Below are positions 1 through 12,929 of a stretch of 64,000 nt of DNA, piece after piece. Origin of the DNA: Mycobacteriales bacterium. Lineage in GTDB: Bacteria; Actinomycetota; Actinomycetes; BP-191. A model generated the notes under the pieces. That model was not told the DNA's origin and ran no database searches. It worked only from the letters and a program-made list of their open reading frames with translations. Position numbers and translations under genes: made by a program. Numbering within the stretch: position 1 is the first letter of the stretch; each line of letters starts with the position of its first letter. The stretch lies in NCBI GenBank assembly GCA_035714365.1, contig DASTMB010000014.1, positions 55,720-119,719 on the forward strand, given 5' to 3'.

Positions 1-1
1 C

Positions 2-3934
<3,933 letters not shown>

Positions 3935-3975
3935 CGGCCCCCGGACCCCGCGCCCGGCCAACGGAAGGACGAACG

Positions 3976-4473
3976 GTGGACCCATTCATCGGAGAAGTTC
4001 GGCTCTTCGCGATCCCCTACGCGCCGCAGGGGTGGGCCGAGTGCAACGGGCAGATCCTCCCGATCAACGGGAACCAGGCGCTGTTCTCGCTGCTCGGGAC
4101 GCAGTTCGGCGGCAACGGCTCGACGACGTTCGGGCTGCCGGACCTGCGCGGCCGCGCCGCGGTGCACGCCGACCACATGGGCTTCTCCATGGGCCAGCTC
4201 GGCGGCGAGGCGCAGCACACGCTGATCCCGCAGGAGATGCCGGTGCCCCACTCGCACGTGGCGCAGGGCTCGAAGGACGCGGCGAGCTCGGTCTCGGCGA
4301 GCGGCAACGTCTTCGCCAACTCGACGGTGAACCTCTACCAGGGTGCGCCGAACCAGCCCGTCGCCTCCGCGACCGTGTCCTCTGTGGGCGGAGCTCCCCA
4401 CGAGAACATGGCGCCGTACCAGGTGGTGGTGTTCTGCATCGCCCTCGTCGGCATCTTCCCGTCCCGGTCCTAG
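3976..4473 (+). CDS. Phage tail collar domain protein (MdpB-like), paralog A of cassette 1
   Basis: GTG start with GGAAGGA RBS. Conserved 'GEIRxFxxxxAPxGWxxCNGQxLPIxxNxALFSLLGTxxGGNGxTTFxLPDLRGR' collar motif and an HxH motif (PHSHV). Confidence 0.8.
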   Translation: MDPFIGEVRLFAIPYAPQGWAECNGQILPINGNQALFSLLGTQFGGNGSTTFGLPDLRGRAAVHADHMGFSMGQLGGEAQHTLIPQEMPVPHSHVAQGSKDAASSVSASGNVFANSTVNLYQGAPNQPVASATVSSVGGAPHENMAPYQVVVFCIALVGIFPSRS

Positions 4474-4483
4474 GAGGCCTCGC

Positions 4484-4993
4484 ATGGAGTCCTACGTCGG
4501 TGAGATCAAGATGTTCTGCGGGACCTTCGCTCCCGTGGGCTGGCTCAAGTGCGACGGGTCGCTGCTGAGGATCGCGGACTACGACGTGCTGTTCGCCCTC
4601 ATCGGGATCAACTACGGCGGCGACGGGATCACCACCTTCGCGTTGCCGGACCTGCGCGGCCGGGTGCCGATCCACCGCCTCAAGCCGTCGATGCCCGAGG
4701 GCCTGACGGGCGGGGTCGAGAGCGTGACGCTGACGTCGGCCACCATCGCGCAGCACTCGCACTCGTTCGTCGCGTCGACGGCGCTGGCGACCGACACCGG
4801 GCCTCCCGGAGGTACGCCGGCCCAGGGGACCAGCGCGCAGCTCTTCGTAGAGGACGCCCTCGACCAGCAGTTCAACGCCGCGGCCGTGCTGCCCTACCTC
4901 GACGGCGGCAACCAGCCGCACGAGAACAGGCACCCGTTCCAGGCCGTCAACTACATCATCGCGTACGAGGGTATCTACCCTCCCCACAGCTAG
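4484..4993 (+). CDS. Phage tail collar domain protein, paralog B of cassette 1
   Basis: ATG preceded by the junction cTAGGAGGcc. Same collar N-terminal motif. HSH motif. Confidence 0.8.
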   Translation: MESYVGEIKMFCGTFAPVGWLKCDGSLLRIADYDVLFALIGINYGGDGITTFALPDLRGRVPIHRLKPSMPEGLTGGVESVTLTSATIAQHSHSFVASTALATDTGPPGGTPAQGTSAQLFVEDALDQQFNAAAVLPYLDGGNQPHENRHPFQAVNYIIAYEGIYPPHS

Positions 4994-5002
4994 GAGAATG
5001 TC

Positions 5003-5536
5003 GTGGCCGAGGCATTCATCGGCGAGGTCCGCATCTACGGGTTCAACTTCGCGCCCAGGGGCTGGGCGTTCTGCAACGGCGACCTCCTGTCCATCTCGCA
5101 GAACACCGCGCTGTTCTCGCTGCTCGGCGTCAACTTCGGGGGCAACGGCCAGACGACGTTCGGCCTGCCGGACTTCCGCGGCGGCCGGGTGCCGATCAGT
5201 GCCGGCCAGGGCCCCGGTCTCAGCGCGTACGACATCGGCCAGACCGGCGGCGTCCCCTCGGTCACGCTGACGGTCAAGGAGACGCCGCAGCACGTGCACA
5301 CGGCGTCGGCGAGCAGCACTCCGGCGAACGTCTCCACGCCGACGGCGAACACCGCCATCGCGCGGTCCAAGGGCGCGATGGCGTACGCGCCGCCCGTGCA
5401 GGCCAGCATCGGCCCCATGAGCTCCAACACGATCTCGCAGGCCCCGGGGGGCGCCGCGCCGCACAACAACCTGATGCCGTACCAGGTGCTGAACTACTGC
5501 ATCTGCCTGAACGGCATCTACCCGCAGCGCCCATGA
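5003..5536 (+). CDS. Phage tail collar domain protein, paralog C of cassette 1
   Basis: GTG start after cTAGGAGaa. Collar motif. HVH motif. Confidence 0.8.
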   Translation: MAEAFIGEVRIYGFNFAPRGWAFCNGDLLSISQNTALFSLLGVNFGGNGQTTFGLPDFRGGRVPISAGQGPGLSAYDIGQTGGVPSVTLTVKETPQHVHTASASSTPANVSTPTANTAIARSKGAMAYAPPVQASIGPMSSNTISQAPGGAAPHNNLMPYQVLNYCICLNGIYPQRP

Positions 5537-6012
5537 CGGAGGTGGCGCTGCGCCCGGAGACCCCGGGCGACGAGGCCTTCTCGCGCGCGGTCTATGGATC
5601 GACGCGCGAGGAGGAGCTCGCGGTCACGGGATGGACCGATGAGCAGAAGGCGGCGTTCCTCGCGATGCAGTACGTCGCGCAGCGCACGTACTACCGCGAG
5701 GTCTACCCCGACGCCGCGTACGACGTGATCGTCGTGGACGGCGAGGACGCCGGGCGGCTCTACGTAGCCCGGCTGGCGGACGAGATCCGCATCATCGACA
5801 TCGCGCTGCTGCCGGCGTTCCGCGGCCGCGGGATCGGCCAGGGCCTGCTGGGCGACGTGCTGGCCGAGGCCGGCGCGTCGGGGCGGCGCGTGGTCATCCA
5901 CGTGGAGCAGAACAACCGCGCGCGCGAGCTCTACCTGCGCCTGGGCTTCGAGGTCGCCGAGGACGTCGGCGTGTACCACCGCCTGGAGTGGGCGCCGCCC
6001 GAGGTCAGCTGA
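5533..6012 (+). CDS. GNAT family N-acetyltransferase
   Basis: ATGA overlap with the upstream gene. Motif A 'RGRGIGQGLL' seen in the translation. Confidence 0.75.
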   Translation: MTEVALRPETPGDEAFSRAVYGSTREEELAVTGWTDEQKAAFLAMQYVAQRTYYREVYPDAAYDVIVVDGEDAGRLYVARLADEIRIIDIALLPAFRGRGIGQGLLGDVLAEAGASGRRVVIHVEQNNRARELYLRLGFEVAEDVGVYHRLEWAPPEVS

Positions 6013-6304
6013 AGATCGCCTGGTAGCGCACGCCCTCGGCGTCCTGCGCGATCGGCACCAGGAACAGCGGCAGATCGCCCAGCTCGTCGTGCCCGAGCGT
6101 CCGGATCCCTTGCGGCGCAACGGGTCCCTGCGGCGTCGTGAACACCAGGGAGAACGGCGCGCGGGCGTCCTCGGGCACGTGCCGTGCGGTCTCGGTGAGG
6201 TCCGTCACCTCGGCCAGCGTCAGCTCGGCCCCGGACTCGGCGTCGGTGAACGCCTGCCCGACGCGGTCGCGGAACGTCTCGTAGGTCAGCTCAGTCAGGT
6301 CCAC
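6005..6304 (-). CDS. Small hypothetical protein (99 aa). Homologous by eye to the Tat-secreted protein at 12041-12439.
   Basis: ORF convergent with the GNAT gene. Shared pattern 'FRxxVGxxF...SG...L..V.D....AR....F.L.F...G.....G.....H...G...LF..P...AE.G.Y.A' with the 12041 protein. Confidence 0.5.
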   Translation of the reverse strand: MDLTELTYETFRDRVGQAFTDAESGAELTLAEVTDLTETARHVPEDARAPFSLVFTTPQGPVAPQGIRTLGHDELGDLPLFLVPIAQDAEGVRYQAIFS

Positions 6305-6525
6305 AACCCGCGGATGCTAGCGGGCCCGCCGATGACGCGCGGCGACCACCGGGCGACGGCGCGCGAGCGCCAGGGTCTTTCGGCCCTGATCCGCCTAGGG
6401 ACCTCTGACACGACTTCTCGTGGTGGAGACGTTTTCTTGCCGGAACCGGCTGACAGCGTGGCGCAGTTGGGCCAGTGTCGCCGACTGCACGCGTCGTGCC
6501 CCGCGACGCGACCGAAGGGGGAGCC

Positions 6526-9500
6526 ATGCCAGCCCCGTTCCGCAACCGCCTGTTCGTGCTCGCCGCTTTCGGCCTCCCCGCCGTGGGGTTCGCACTCGCG
6601 TTCTCGGTCTCGGCCGAGGCCGCGGCAGAGTTCGCGGCGACCGCGACGATCTCGAGCTCCCCGCAGTACATCGGGGACACCGCGGGCACGGCGTTCACGT
6701 TCACGGTGACCAACACCGGGACCACGACGACGCTCGGTGCGGTGGAGATCGAGCGGCCGTCGAACGGCTGGTCGATCACGTCGTGCGGCACGACGCCGAC
6801 GGGCTGGACGGGGCAGACGGCGGACCCGAAGTGCCGGTACCGCAGCGGCGAGGCCGGAGCGGACGACATCCTGCCCGGGCAGTCGCGACAGTTCGTCGTC
6901 ACCGCGACGACGCTGGCGGGCACGGCCAACCGCGTCGGGACCTGGCACGTCACGGTGAGCAAGTCGAACCAGTTCGACAACCCGAGCCTCCTCACGGCGG
7001 CCGACGGCGGCCTCCAGACGACCGCGTACACGTGGGAGGTGCTCGACGCCGCCGTGTCCGCGTCGGCGGTCGCGCCCGGCTCCGCGTGCCCGGCCTCCGA
7101 CAAGGACGCGCTCACCAACGCGACCGTCACCATGGTGATCTGCGGGCGCAACCACGCGACGGTCCCGCTGACGCCGACGGCGGGCTACTCGAGCCTCGGG
7201 GGCACGTTCCTCGCCGGGCCGGGCGTGTTCTCGTCCGGCCAGATCGCCGCCAACATCGGGCCGGTCGTCGTCGCGAGCTGGACCGGCGCCAAGGTCGTCG
7301 GCCTGCCCGGCCAGAACCTCACGGTCGTCGCAACCATCGGCAGCGCCGGCAACCAGACGTCGCCCCTCACCACGCTGACCGGCTACGAGGCGATCAACGC
7401 CCCGCCGGTCGCGAACAACGACGCGTACTCCGTCGCGGAGGACGGCTCGCTCTCCCCGGCGGCCCCCGGCGTGCTGGGCAACGACACCGACCCGGAGGGC
7501 CAGCCGATCACGGCGGTCCTGAGCGCCGGCCCCGCCCACGCGGCGAGCTTCACGCTGAACGCGAACGGGTCGTTCACCTACGCACCCGCCGCGAACTACT
7601 CGGGCAGCGACTCGTTCACCTACCGCGCGCACGACGGCATCCAGGCGTCGAGCTCGCCTGCCACCGTGTCGATCACGGTGACCGCGGTCAACGACGCTCC
7701 GGTCAACACCGCGCCGCCCGCGGTCTCGACCGAGGAGGAGACGGCGTACACCTTCGCGCCGGGCGCGCTGTCGGTCGCGGACGTCGACTCCGGTGCCGCG
7801 GACGTCCAGACGAGCCTCACCGTCGCCAACGCCTCGGTGACGGTCGGCACCACCGGTGTCACGGTGACCGGCAACGGGACGGGCCACGTCACGGTGACCG
7901 GCCCCGTCACCGCGGTCGCCGCGGCGCTGGACGGCGCCACGCTCACGCCGGGCGCCGGCTTCAGCGGCTCCACCACGCTGACGATGGTCACCTCCGACCT
8001 CGGCCACACCGGCAGCGGCGGAGCGCTCACCGACACCGACGCGATCACCGTCTCCGTGCAGTTCGTCAACGACGCGCCGTCGTTCACTCCCGGCGCGGAC
8101 CAGACGGCCGCCGAGGACTCCGGTGCGCAGTCGGTCGCCGGCTGGGCGACCGCGATCGACAAGGGCGGCGCGAGCGAGGCGGGCCAGGCGCTGACGTTCC
8201 AGGTCACCAACGACAACGCGGCGCTCTTCGCCGCCGCCCCCGCGGTCTCGCCGAGCGGCACGCTGACCTACACGCCCGCCCCTGACGCGTACGGCACCGC
8301 GACGGTCTCCGTCGTGCTCCACGACGACGGAGGCACCGCCAACGGCGGTGACGACACGTCGGACGCGGTGACGTTCACCATCACCGTGACGCCCGTCAAC
8401 GACGCGCCGTCGGCGGCCGCCCAGTCCGTCACCGCCCAGGCGAACATGCGCCTGCACGTGACCGGCCTGCTGGCCGGCGCGACCGACACCGCCGACGCGG
8501 GCGCGGCGTACACGCCGGGGTTCACCCTCGACTCGGTCACGGCCGCGTCGTGCGCGGGCTGCGGCATCTCCAACGTCGCCCCCGACGGGTCGTTCGACTT
8601 CGACCCGCCGGCGGGCGCGACCGGCAGCTACTCGTTGAGCTACACGATCAAGGACACCGGGTACCCGGCACCCGGCGTGACGAGCGCGCCCGCGACGATC
8701 GACGTCACCGTCCAGGGCCCGGTCGTGTGGTTCGTCGACGCGTCGAACCCGAGCGCCGGCAGCGGCACGCTGACCGACCCGTTCAAGACGCTCTCCGCGG
8801 CCTCCGCCGCGGCGGGCACGGGCCAGCGGATCTTCGTGTCGAGCGGCACGGTGACGGGCAGCCTCAGCCAGGCCACCAACGGCTGGCTGGTCGGCCAGGG
8901 CGTGACCGGCGCGTCGTTCGACGCGGTCATGGGCGTCACGCCGCCGGCAGGGACCGCTCCGCGGCCCGCCATCAACGGCACCCGCCCGACCGTCGTGGGC
9001 GGCGTCTCGCTCGCGGACGGCAGCGTCGTCCGCGGCCTGAACCTCACGCCACCGTCCGGCACGGCAGGGCTCGTCGGCAACGGCGACGACGGCGTGACGG
9101 TCGGCGAGGCCTCCGTGACCTCGGCGAACGCCCGCGCGGTCGACATCCAGTCGTCGCAGGGCAGCACGATCTCGCTGACGAAGGTGTCGTCGACCTCGGC
9201 GCCGAACGGCATCCGGCTCGCCACGGTCAACACCACGACGCCGGGCTCGGTGTCGGTGACCGGCGGCTCGACCGCGGGCAGCGGCGGCACCATCAGCGGC
9301 TCCACCGGCGCCGGCGTCTCGCTGACGAACGTCAACGGCGTCTCGCTGGCCTGGATGACCGTCAGCGGCTCGGGCGCGGAGGGCATCTTCGGCTCGGTCG
9401 TCAACGGCCTCACGGTCGCGGACTCGACCGTCTCGGGCAGCGCGCTCCAGGGCGTCTCGCTCGCGAACCCGGCCGGCCCCTCGGCGCTGACCCGGGTCAC

Positions 9501-10416
9501 GGTGCACGGCTCGGGCTCCGACAATGCGCGCTACTTCGGCTCGACCGGCACGTCGAGCCTCACCGTGACCGACTCGACGTTCCGTGACAACAGCACGACG
9601 ACCGGCGGCAACGGCCTGCTCGTCCAGGCGGACGGGAACGCGGCGATGACCGTCACGGCGACCGGCAACGCGTACCTCCGCAACCGCTCCGTCGGACTCG
9701 CCGTCCGCGCCAACTCCACCGCGACGATGACGTCGACCCTGACCGGCGGCTCGTACGACACCAACGGCGTCGGCATCGACGTCGTGTCGAGCGGCACCGG
9801 CGGGCACGCGTTCGCCCTCAGCGGCGGCACGGTCACCGGCTGCGCCACCTGCGGCACCCCGGTGAACGTCTACAAGGCCACGAGCGGCACGGGCACCGGC
9901 GCGAACGCGCTGTCCGGCACCGTCAGCGGCATGACCGTCACCAACGGCAACTCGGAGAGCTCGAGCGGGATCTGGGTCCACGCCGAGGGCGCGGGCGCCA
10001 CTCGCGTCGCGGTCACGAACAACACCGTCTCGCAGATCGCGGAGCAGGGCATCCTCGTCGCGGCCGGCAACGGCAGCTCCTCGATGGACGCCACCATCAC
10101 CGGCAACACGGTGACGCTGCTCGACCCGGGTGCCCTCCAGGGCATCCAGATCGACTCCGGCACGCTGAGCGGAGACACGACCAAGGTGTGCGCCGACATC
10201 AAGACGAACACCGTGGCCTCGCCGCTGGCCGCGGACGTCCGCGTCCGCAACCTGCGGGCCGGCACGACGTTCCGCCTCCCCGGCTACGCCGGCGGCGCTA
10301 CTAGCACGACGGACGTCGTGACGTTCCTGATTTCGCAGAACACGATCACCGACGCAGCCGCCGTGGTTGGGTCGAGCCCAGGCTTCACCGGGGGTGCCGC
10401 ATGCGCGGCTCCGTAG
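6526..10416 (+). CDS. Giant secreted repeat protein 2, a paralog of the 2-3934 protein. Signal peptide, DUF11-like N-terminal domain, cadherin/Ig-like 'VNDAP' repeats, then a C-terminal right-handed beta-helix.
   Basis: GAAGGGGGAG RBS 5 nt before the ATG. Hydrophobic signal 'FVLAAFGLPAVGFALAFSVSAEA'. Same repeat architecture and 'PVVWFVDASNPSAGSGTLTDPFKTL' cap. Ends ...FTGGAACAAP. Confidence 0.85.
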   Translation: MPAPFRNRLFVLAAFGLPAVGFALAFSVSAEAAAEFAATATISSSPQYIGDTAGTAFTFTVTNTGTTTTLGAVEIERPSNGWSITSCGTTPTGWTGQTADPKCRYRSGEAGADDILPGQSRQFVVTATTLAGTANRVGTWHVTVSKSNQFDNPSLLTAADGGLQTTAYTWEVLDAAVSASAVAPGSACPASDKDALTNATVTMVICGRNHATVPLTPTAGYSSLGGTFLAGPGVFSSGQIAANIGPVVVASWTGAKVVGLPGQNLTVVATIGSAGNQTSPLTTLTGYEAINAPPVANNDAYSVAEDGSLSPAAPGVLGNDTDPEGQPITAVLSAGPAHAASFTLNANGSFTYAPAANYSGSDSFTYRAHDGIQASSSPATVSITVTAVNDAPVNTAPPAVSTEEETAYTFAPGALSVADVDSGAADVQTSLTVANASVTVGTTGVTVTGNGTGHVTVTGPVTAVAAALDGATLTPGAGFSGSTTLTMVTSDLGHTGSGGALTDTDAITVSVQFVNDAPSFTPGADQTAAEDSGAQSVAGWATAIDKGGASEAGQALTFQVTNDNAALFAAAPAVSPSGTLTYTPAPDAYGTATVSVVLHDDGGTANGGDDTSDAVTFTITVTPVNDAPSAAAQSVTAQANMRLHVTGLLAGATDTADAGAAYTPGFTLDSVTAASCAGCGISNVAPDGSFDFDPPAGATGSYSLSYTIKDTGYPAPGVTSAPATIDVTVQGPVVWFVDASNPSAGSGTLTDPFKTLSAASAAAGTGQRIFVSSGTVTGSLSQATNGWLVGQGVTGASFDAVMGVTPPAGTAPRPAINGTRPTVVGGVSLADGSVVRGLNLTPPSGTAGLVGNGDDGVTVGEASVTSANARAVDIQSSQGSTISLTKVSSTSAPNGIRLATVNTTTPGSVSVTGGSTAGSGGTISGSTGAGVSLTNVNGVSLAWMTVSGSGAEGIFGSVVNGLTVADSTVSGSALQGVSLANPAGPSALTRVTVHGSGSDNARYFGSTGTSSLTVTDSTFRDNSTTTGGNGLLVQADGNAAMTVTATGNAYLRNRSVGLAVRANSTATMTSTLTGGSYDTNGVGIDVVSSGTGGHAFALSGGTVTGCATCGTPVNVYKATSGTGTGANALSGTVSGMTVTNGNSESSSGIWVHAEGAGATRVAVTNNTVSQIAEQGILVAAGNGSSSMDATITGNTVTLLDPGALQGIQIDSGTLSGDTTKVCADIKTNTVASPLAADVRVRNLRAGTTFRLPGYAGGATSTTDVVTFLISQNTITDAAAVVGSSPGFTGGAACAAP

Positions 10417-10474
10417 TGACGAGAAGCCAGGCAACCGTCTCACCCGCGACCGCTCCATACGAGGAGGACCAGTA

Positions 10475-10978
10475 ATGGGAGACCCGTTTCTCGGCGAGAT
10501 AAAGATGGTGCCGTACAACTACGCCCAGCAGGGCTGGGCGATGTGCAACGGCAGCCAGCTGCCGATCAACCAGAACCAGGCGCTGTTCTCCCTGCTGGGC
10601 ACGACGTACGGGGGCAACGGCCAGACGACCTTCGCGCTGCCGAACCTCCAGGGCCGGGTCCCGATGCACTTCCAGAACAACGCGTTCAACCAGGGGCAGC
10701 AGGGCGGCGAGCAGGCGCACACGATCACGATCAACGAGCTGCCCACGCACACGCACGTCACGCAGGGCACGCAGAACGCCGCGACGACGGTGGCATCCAC
10801 GGGCAACGTGTTCGCCAACGCGACCGTGAACGCGTACAACGACCCCGCGTCGTTCGCGAGCCTCGCGCCCAACACCATCGGCAACGTCGGCGGCTCGCAG
10901 CCGCACAACAACATGGCCCCCTACACGGTGCTGACGTTCGTCATCGCGCTCCAGGGCGTCTTCCCGTCCCACAACTAG
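10475..10978 (+). CDS. Phage tail collar domain protein, paralog A of cassette 2
   Basis: ATG after GAGGAGG. Most similar to the 3976-4473 protein (shared 'GNVFANxTVNxY'). Confidence 0.8.
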   Translation: MGDPFLGEIKMVPYNYAQQGWAMCNGSQLPINQNQALFSLLGTTYGGNGQTTFALPNLQGRVPMHFQNNAFNQGQQGGEQAHTITINELPTHTHVTQGTQNAATTVASTGNVFANATVNAYNDPASFASLAPNTIGNVGGSQPHNNMAPYTVLTFVIALQGVFPSHN

Positions 10979-10986
10979 GAGGCCCC

Positions 10987-11490
10987 ATGAGCCAGCCATA
11001 CGTCGGCGACATCCGCATCTTCGCCGGGACCTACGCACCCGCCGGGTGGGCGTTCTGCAACGGCCAGCCGCTGCCCATCTCCGAGAACGAGGTGCTGTTC
11101 CAGCTCATCGGCACGACCTACGGCGGCGACGGCCAGGAGACGTTCAACCTGCCTGACCTGCGGGGGCGCCTTCCGATGCACCAGGGGTCGGGCTTCACGC
11201 TCGGCGAGATGGCCGGCACCGAAGAGGTGACGCTCACGACGCAGCAGATCCCGGTGCACAACCACGCGTTCCTGGCCACGACGGCGCTCGCCATCGAGAC
11301 GGGCCCCGCGGGCAACGTCCCCGCGCAGGGCACGAGCATCCAGCTCTTCGTCGAGGACGCGACCGACGTGCAGATGGCGGCCAGCATGGTCGCGCCCACG
11401 GGCGGCAACCAGCCGCACACGAACCTGCACCCGTACCTCTGCGTCAACTTCATCATCGCGCTCTACGGCGTCTTCCCGACTCAGAACTAG
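10987..11490 (+). CDS. Phage tail collar domain protein, paralog B of cassette 2
   Basis: Junction cTAGGAGGcc before the ATG. Most similar to the 4484-4993 protein (shared 'PAQGTSxQLFVEDAxD...GGNQPH'). Confidence 0.8.
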   Translation: MSQPYVGDIRIFAGTYAPAGWAFCNGQPLPISENEVLFQLIGTTYGGDGQETFNLPDLRGRLPMHQGSGFTLGEMAGTEEVTLTTQQIPVHNHAFLATTALAIETGPAGNVPAQGTSIQLFVEDATDVQMAASMVAPTGGNQPHTNLHPYLCVNFIIALYGVFPTQN

Positions 11491-11501
11491 GAGGCCCGGA
11501 C

Positions 11502-12023
11502 ATGGTCGAACCTTTCCTCGCCGAGATCCGGATCTTCGGCTTCAACTTCCCGCCGACCGGCTGGGCGTACTGCAACGGGCAGCTCATGCCCATCTCCCAG
11601 AACACCGCGCTCTTCGCGCTGCTCGGCACCTTCTACGGGGGTGACGGCAAGTCGACGTTCGCGCTGCCGAACATGCAGGGCAACGCGCCCATGCACCCCG
11701 GCCAGGGACCGGGGCTGAGCACCCACTCCCTCGGCGAGGTCGGCGGCACCCCGACGGTCACGCTGCTCCAGTCGGAGATTCCGGCCCACAGTCACACGGT
11801 GAACTCGTCGAGCACGCCGGCCAACGTCAGCACGCCGACGCCCACGACCGTCATCGCGCGGTCGAAGGGTCAGACCGCGTACGCGGCGCCGAACAACCTG
11901 ACGCCGATGGCGTTCCAGACGTTGGCGCCCACCGGCGGCGACTTCCCGCACAACAACCTCATGCCGTACCTGGTGCTCAACTTCTGCATTGCCCTCCAGG
12001 GCGTCTTCCCCCCGCGTCCCTGA
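11502..12023 (+). CDS. Phage tail collar domain protein, paralog C of cassette 2
   Basis: Junction cTAGGAGGcc before the ATG. Most similar to the 5003-5536 protein (shared 'SSTPANVSTPT'). Confidence 0.8.
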   Translation: MVEPFLAEIRIFGFNFPPTGWAYCNGQLMPISQNTALFALLGTFYGGDGKSTFALPNMQGNAPMHPGQGPGLSTHSLGEVGGTPTVTLLQSEIPAHSHTVNSSSTPANVSTPTPTTVIARSKGQTAYAAPNNLTPMAFQTLAPTGGDFPHNNLMPYLVLNFCIALQGVFPPRP

Positions 12024-12040
12024 TCGAAGGAGTGGTCCAC

Positions 12041-12439
12041 ATGGTGGCGCAACCGTCACGCCGTTCGGTGCTGCGGGCCGCTGTGATGCTCGCGGCGGCG
12101 GCGTCCACGCCCCTGCTCGGGGCCCAGCGGGCGTTCTCCCTCGCGCCGGGGGAGGGCGGCGCTCTGCGACGCTCGGCGTTCCGGCCGCACGTCGGGTCGT
12201 CGTTCGCGCTCGCCGCGAGCGGCGTGACGTACCGCGCCAAGCTGGTGAAGGTCGCCGACGTCCGCACCGCGGCGCGCGGGCACGAGAAGAAGTTCCGGCT
12301 GATGTTCGACGTCCGGGGTAGTGGGCCGGGCGCGGGGACGTACCGGTTCTCCCACCCGTCGTACGGCGCCGTGGACCTGTTCGTCAGCCCGGTCGGCGCC
12401 GAGGCCGGGGCGTACGAGGCCGTGGTGGACGCGGGCTAG
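12041..12439 (+). CDS. Small secreted hypothetical protein with a twin-arginine (Tat) signal. Homolog of the 6005-6304 protein.
   Basis: GAAGGAG RBS 9 nt upstream. 'SRRSVLRAAVMLAAAAS' Tat motif. Confidence 0.6.
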   Translation: MVAQPSRRSVLRAAVMLAAAASTPLLGAQRAFSLAPGEGGALRRSAFRPHVGSSFALAASGVTYRAKLVKVADVRTAARGHEKKFRLMFDVRGSGPGAGTYRFSHPSYGAVDLFVSPVGAEAGAYEAVVDAG

Positions 12440-12521
12440 CCGCGCAGCGGCATGGGGGCGGCCCCGTTCCCTCGGCAACGGTGCGCCGAGTGGTGCGCCC
12501 GGGACGGGGCATTGACGAGGC

Positions 12522-12929
12522 ATGCGCACCCCCCAGCAGGTCCTCTCCGGTGCCCGGACCATCGCCGTCGTCGGCGCGTCCGCGGACCCGGACAAGGCAG
12601 CCCACCGCGTCCCCGCCGTGCTCCAGCGGCGCGGCTGGCGCATCGTGCCGGTCAACCCGAACCGCGACGAGGTGCTCGGCGAGAAGTCGTACCCCTCGCT
12701 CGCCGACGTGCCGGAGGACGTCGACGTGGTCGAGGTGTTCCGGCCCGCGGCCGAGGCGGCGGAGGTGGTCCGCCAGGCCGTGGCGCGCGGCGTCCCCGCC
12801 GTCTGGCTCCAGGCGGGGATCGTGTCGGAGCCGGCCCGCGCGATCGCGGACGAGGCCGGCGTCGACTACGTCGAGAACACCTGCATGAAGGTCGTCGCGC
12901 TCGGCGGCGACCTGCACCCGCCCTCCTAA
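12522..12929 (+). CDS. CoA-binding domain protein (YccU-like)
   Basis: 'ARTIAVVGASADPDKAAHRV...IVPVNP' pattern. Confidence 0.7.
   Translation: MRTPQQVLSGARTIAVVGASADPDKAAHRVPAVLQRRGWRIVPVNPNRDEVLGEKSYPSLADVPEDVDVVEVFRPAAEAAEVVRQAVARGVPAVWLQAGIVSEPARAIADEAGVDYVENTCMKVVALGGDLHPPS

Noticed and set aside
4064-5464. 466-aa minus-strand ORF across the first tail-collar triad
   Set aside because: Low-complexity Arg-rich shadow. The plus strand encodes three conserved collar proteins, each with an RBS.
6295-10518. 1407-aa minus-strand ORF antisense to the second giant adhesin gene
   Set aside because: Extremely Arg/Ala/Gly-rich low-complexity translation, typical of a high-GC shadow ORF. The plus-strand frame carries the coherent domain architecture, signal peptide and RBS.
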